A stretch of 54,410 nt of DNA, counting the filler, from Bipalium vagum (Eukaryota), in assembly GCA_037834085.1 (NCBI GenBank). It is 3 parts of 3 records of this genome, joined end to end, with 100 filler letters (N's around TTAATTAATTAA, not from the genome) between each part and the next. Parts side by side here need not be neighbours in the genome. Positions count along the whole stretch, not along the records: positions 38,146 to 54,410 come from JBBMKC010112225.1; 2 more parts are not named here. One strand, 5' to 3'. The position numbers were made by a program, and so were the translations under genes. Under the pieces are notes generated by a model. The model did no database searches. It saw nothing but the letters and a program-made list of their open reading frames with translations, and was not told where the DNA came from. Shown here one piece after another: positions 52,310 to 54,410 of the stretch (the stretch's first letter is position 1; each line of letters starts with the position of its first letter).

Positions 52310-52560
52310 TTAATTTTTCGCAGATGAGCCTAAGATTGCTTGTGTCTTATCTTCATTAATTTCAACTGCCACCTCTGGTATAGTCCTCCAAACTTTGATG
52401 TTCACTACTAAATCGATATATTTATTGATAAATTTCTTACGCAAAGCATCTTTACCAAAGATGGTAGTTAGGTTTCAGATAAGGTTTTTCCTTGTAGCTC
52501 CGTATTCTTTCCTTAGAAACAACACGATAGTCCTTTTATTGTTGACCACATCTTCTGTGG
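52310..52560 (-). mobile_element. Mariner N-terminal fragment
   Basis: KRTIVLFLRKEYG...NLTTIFGKDAL...RFSSEHQSLEDYTRGG.VEINED. Confidence 0.7.
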
Positions 52561-54410
52561 TATAATACTAATAAAAAACAGTAACAGCTTCAAGTAACAA
52601 CCGTGTATGACTCATACATTGATCGATTTTCAGTTTCTTTCATTTAATTATCTATTAGACGCTCAATTTATGATTTAGCAATGAAGACTCATGTTACCAG
52701 CATTAAGTAAATAAGTTTCTGCGAACTTTAAAATCACTCAGAGTACATTTCTATTATATAAAATTTGAAGTACAACAATTTGTATATACACAACCATTTT
52801 TATACGAATTAGTACAAAAATTTTAAAAGAATTCCGAAACAACTTCGTACCAATACAGAAAATAAGTTCTTTTCAAAAACTAATATTATAAACTTTATCT
52901 TTTTAATTTTTTTCCTTAATCTAAACAAACCACTGGTATGGAAATCAACAATTTAAACAAAGTATTACGTTACTTTTTAAGGTATATAACCTGATTCAGT
53001 TCACTGTTATTTTAAATTCAAAAATTGAATTGAAAAAGAGAATTTTTCATAATTAATTTATAAATTATTTAAATTTATTTTACAAATATTCATTATAATT
53101 GTTGTATAAAATGATGGGTTTAATTGCCTTCGTGTACATGGCCCTATTAAGAGTAGATTTATACAGAAGAGGGGATATTAATTAAACTTATAAAAATCAT
53201 AAAAATGACATATTTGTCTCTTATGGCCAGACTTGACTAATTATTTAATCAATTTGCCCGTCTCAATAAGATCTACAGTTTTCAATTCTCCTAATGTTAA
53301 ATCAACAACCTCATTCTAAAAACAATTTTAAAAGATATTTCTTCAATAAATAAAATAATATTATAAAATATATTGTTCTTAAAAAACTATTTGCCTATAT
53401 TGGATTGCTATTAAAAAAACTTAACAAGTCTCTTCGACCCTTTAAATCCAAATAACAAGTTCTTCGCACTTTCCTGATAATAAAGTCAATCATTCATGGC
53501 GATGATTTGTTGAAATCTTTTACAAGACATTTTTACTTAAAATTTATATAAAAAAATATATAAATAAAAATTAATATATTTCTGAATATTTTAACATATA
53601 TCAGAATATTTAAATTTTTATAAAGCATTTTTATTTAAAAGCTTGTTTTATTAATCTTTGGTAAATTTTAAAATTGTGACACTTATTATTGATTATTATT
53701 GATTGACACATTACATTGATTTATTGAATTTGTGAATTTTGTTTAAATATTATTATATTTATTTCCATTAATAAATATTAAAAAACTATCTCTGAAATTG
53801 TTGAAATCGCAGCTAAAAATATCAACCAGTAAAATTTATTTACTTAATGAAAAATTGATAAAATTTTTAAAGTTATTTTTAAAAAATATATATATAATAT
53901 TTTATTTTTTAAAAATTTTTAATTACATTTGTATAAAAAGTTTTTCTGCATTTTCTGATGTTCAACAAATATGAGAAGAATTTTTGAGAAATCATATATT
54001 TATAAGAAAATATACTAAAACTGAAGTTTGGTTTTGCTTTTTTATTTTTTTCTGATCAATTTCAATATTAAAATTAAAACATTTTCTGTTTAACTTTCTA
54101 AACCTCCTTTAAAAATTCATTATAAAAGTGTTTTAATTAATGACAGGTTGTGCTAGGGTTAACAACGTGTTTTTCATTGTCGTTAAAAGGCTCGATAATA
54201 CAATTCATTCAGTAATAATAAATGTTTATTTAGATTTTTATTTAAAATTAAAATTAAAATTAGTTTTTTTTCCTTCTGTATAATTTAACCCAATAAAATT
54301 AACAAAATTTAATTAATTATTAAACTAAAATCTTAATAATGTCTTCACATTAACTTTAAATTTTATAAATTTTCTTTATACTGAATTGTTAATTTGGAAT
54401 ATTTTATTAT

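Overview
This is very AT-rich eukaryotic (animal) genomic DNA, not prokaryotic. The 43-53 nt introns, (AAT)n microsatellites and dense mariner relics suggest a planarian-like flatworm, which is an inference. The window consists of three contigs (1-19214, 19315-38045, 38146-54410) joined by artificial 44N-TTAATTAATTAA-44N spacers. Two host genes are supported. One is a minus-strand stretch of 4-5 phase-compatible exons encoding tandem fibronectin type III domains most like a LAR-type receptor tyrosine phosphatase ectodomain. The other is the last four exons of a plus-strand WD40 gene of the WDR49/WDR64/WDY type. A heavily decayed cadherin-like relic may lie at about 36.3-37.7 kb. The rest is mostly dead transposons: many mariner (DD34D) copies, Tc1 (DD34E type), DD41D, maT-like, pogo/Tigger, a CGGBP1-like hAT, LINE and gypsy remnants, and four TA-flanked MITEs. 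The most unusual observation is a small tRNA-Ala-derived repeat in three copies. Each carries a variable-length inverted copy of its own 3' end at the 5' side, and one copy is inserted into a mariner with a 6-bp target-site duplication. I found no CRISPR array, no rRNA and no intact transposase ORF. All family calls come from motif recognition by eye, with no database search.
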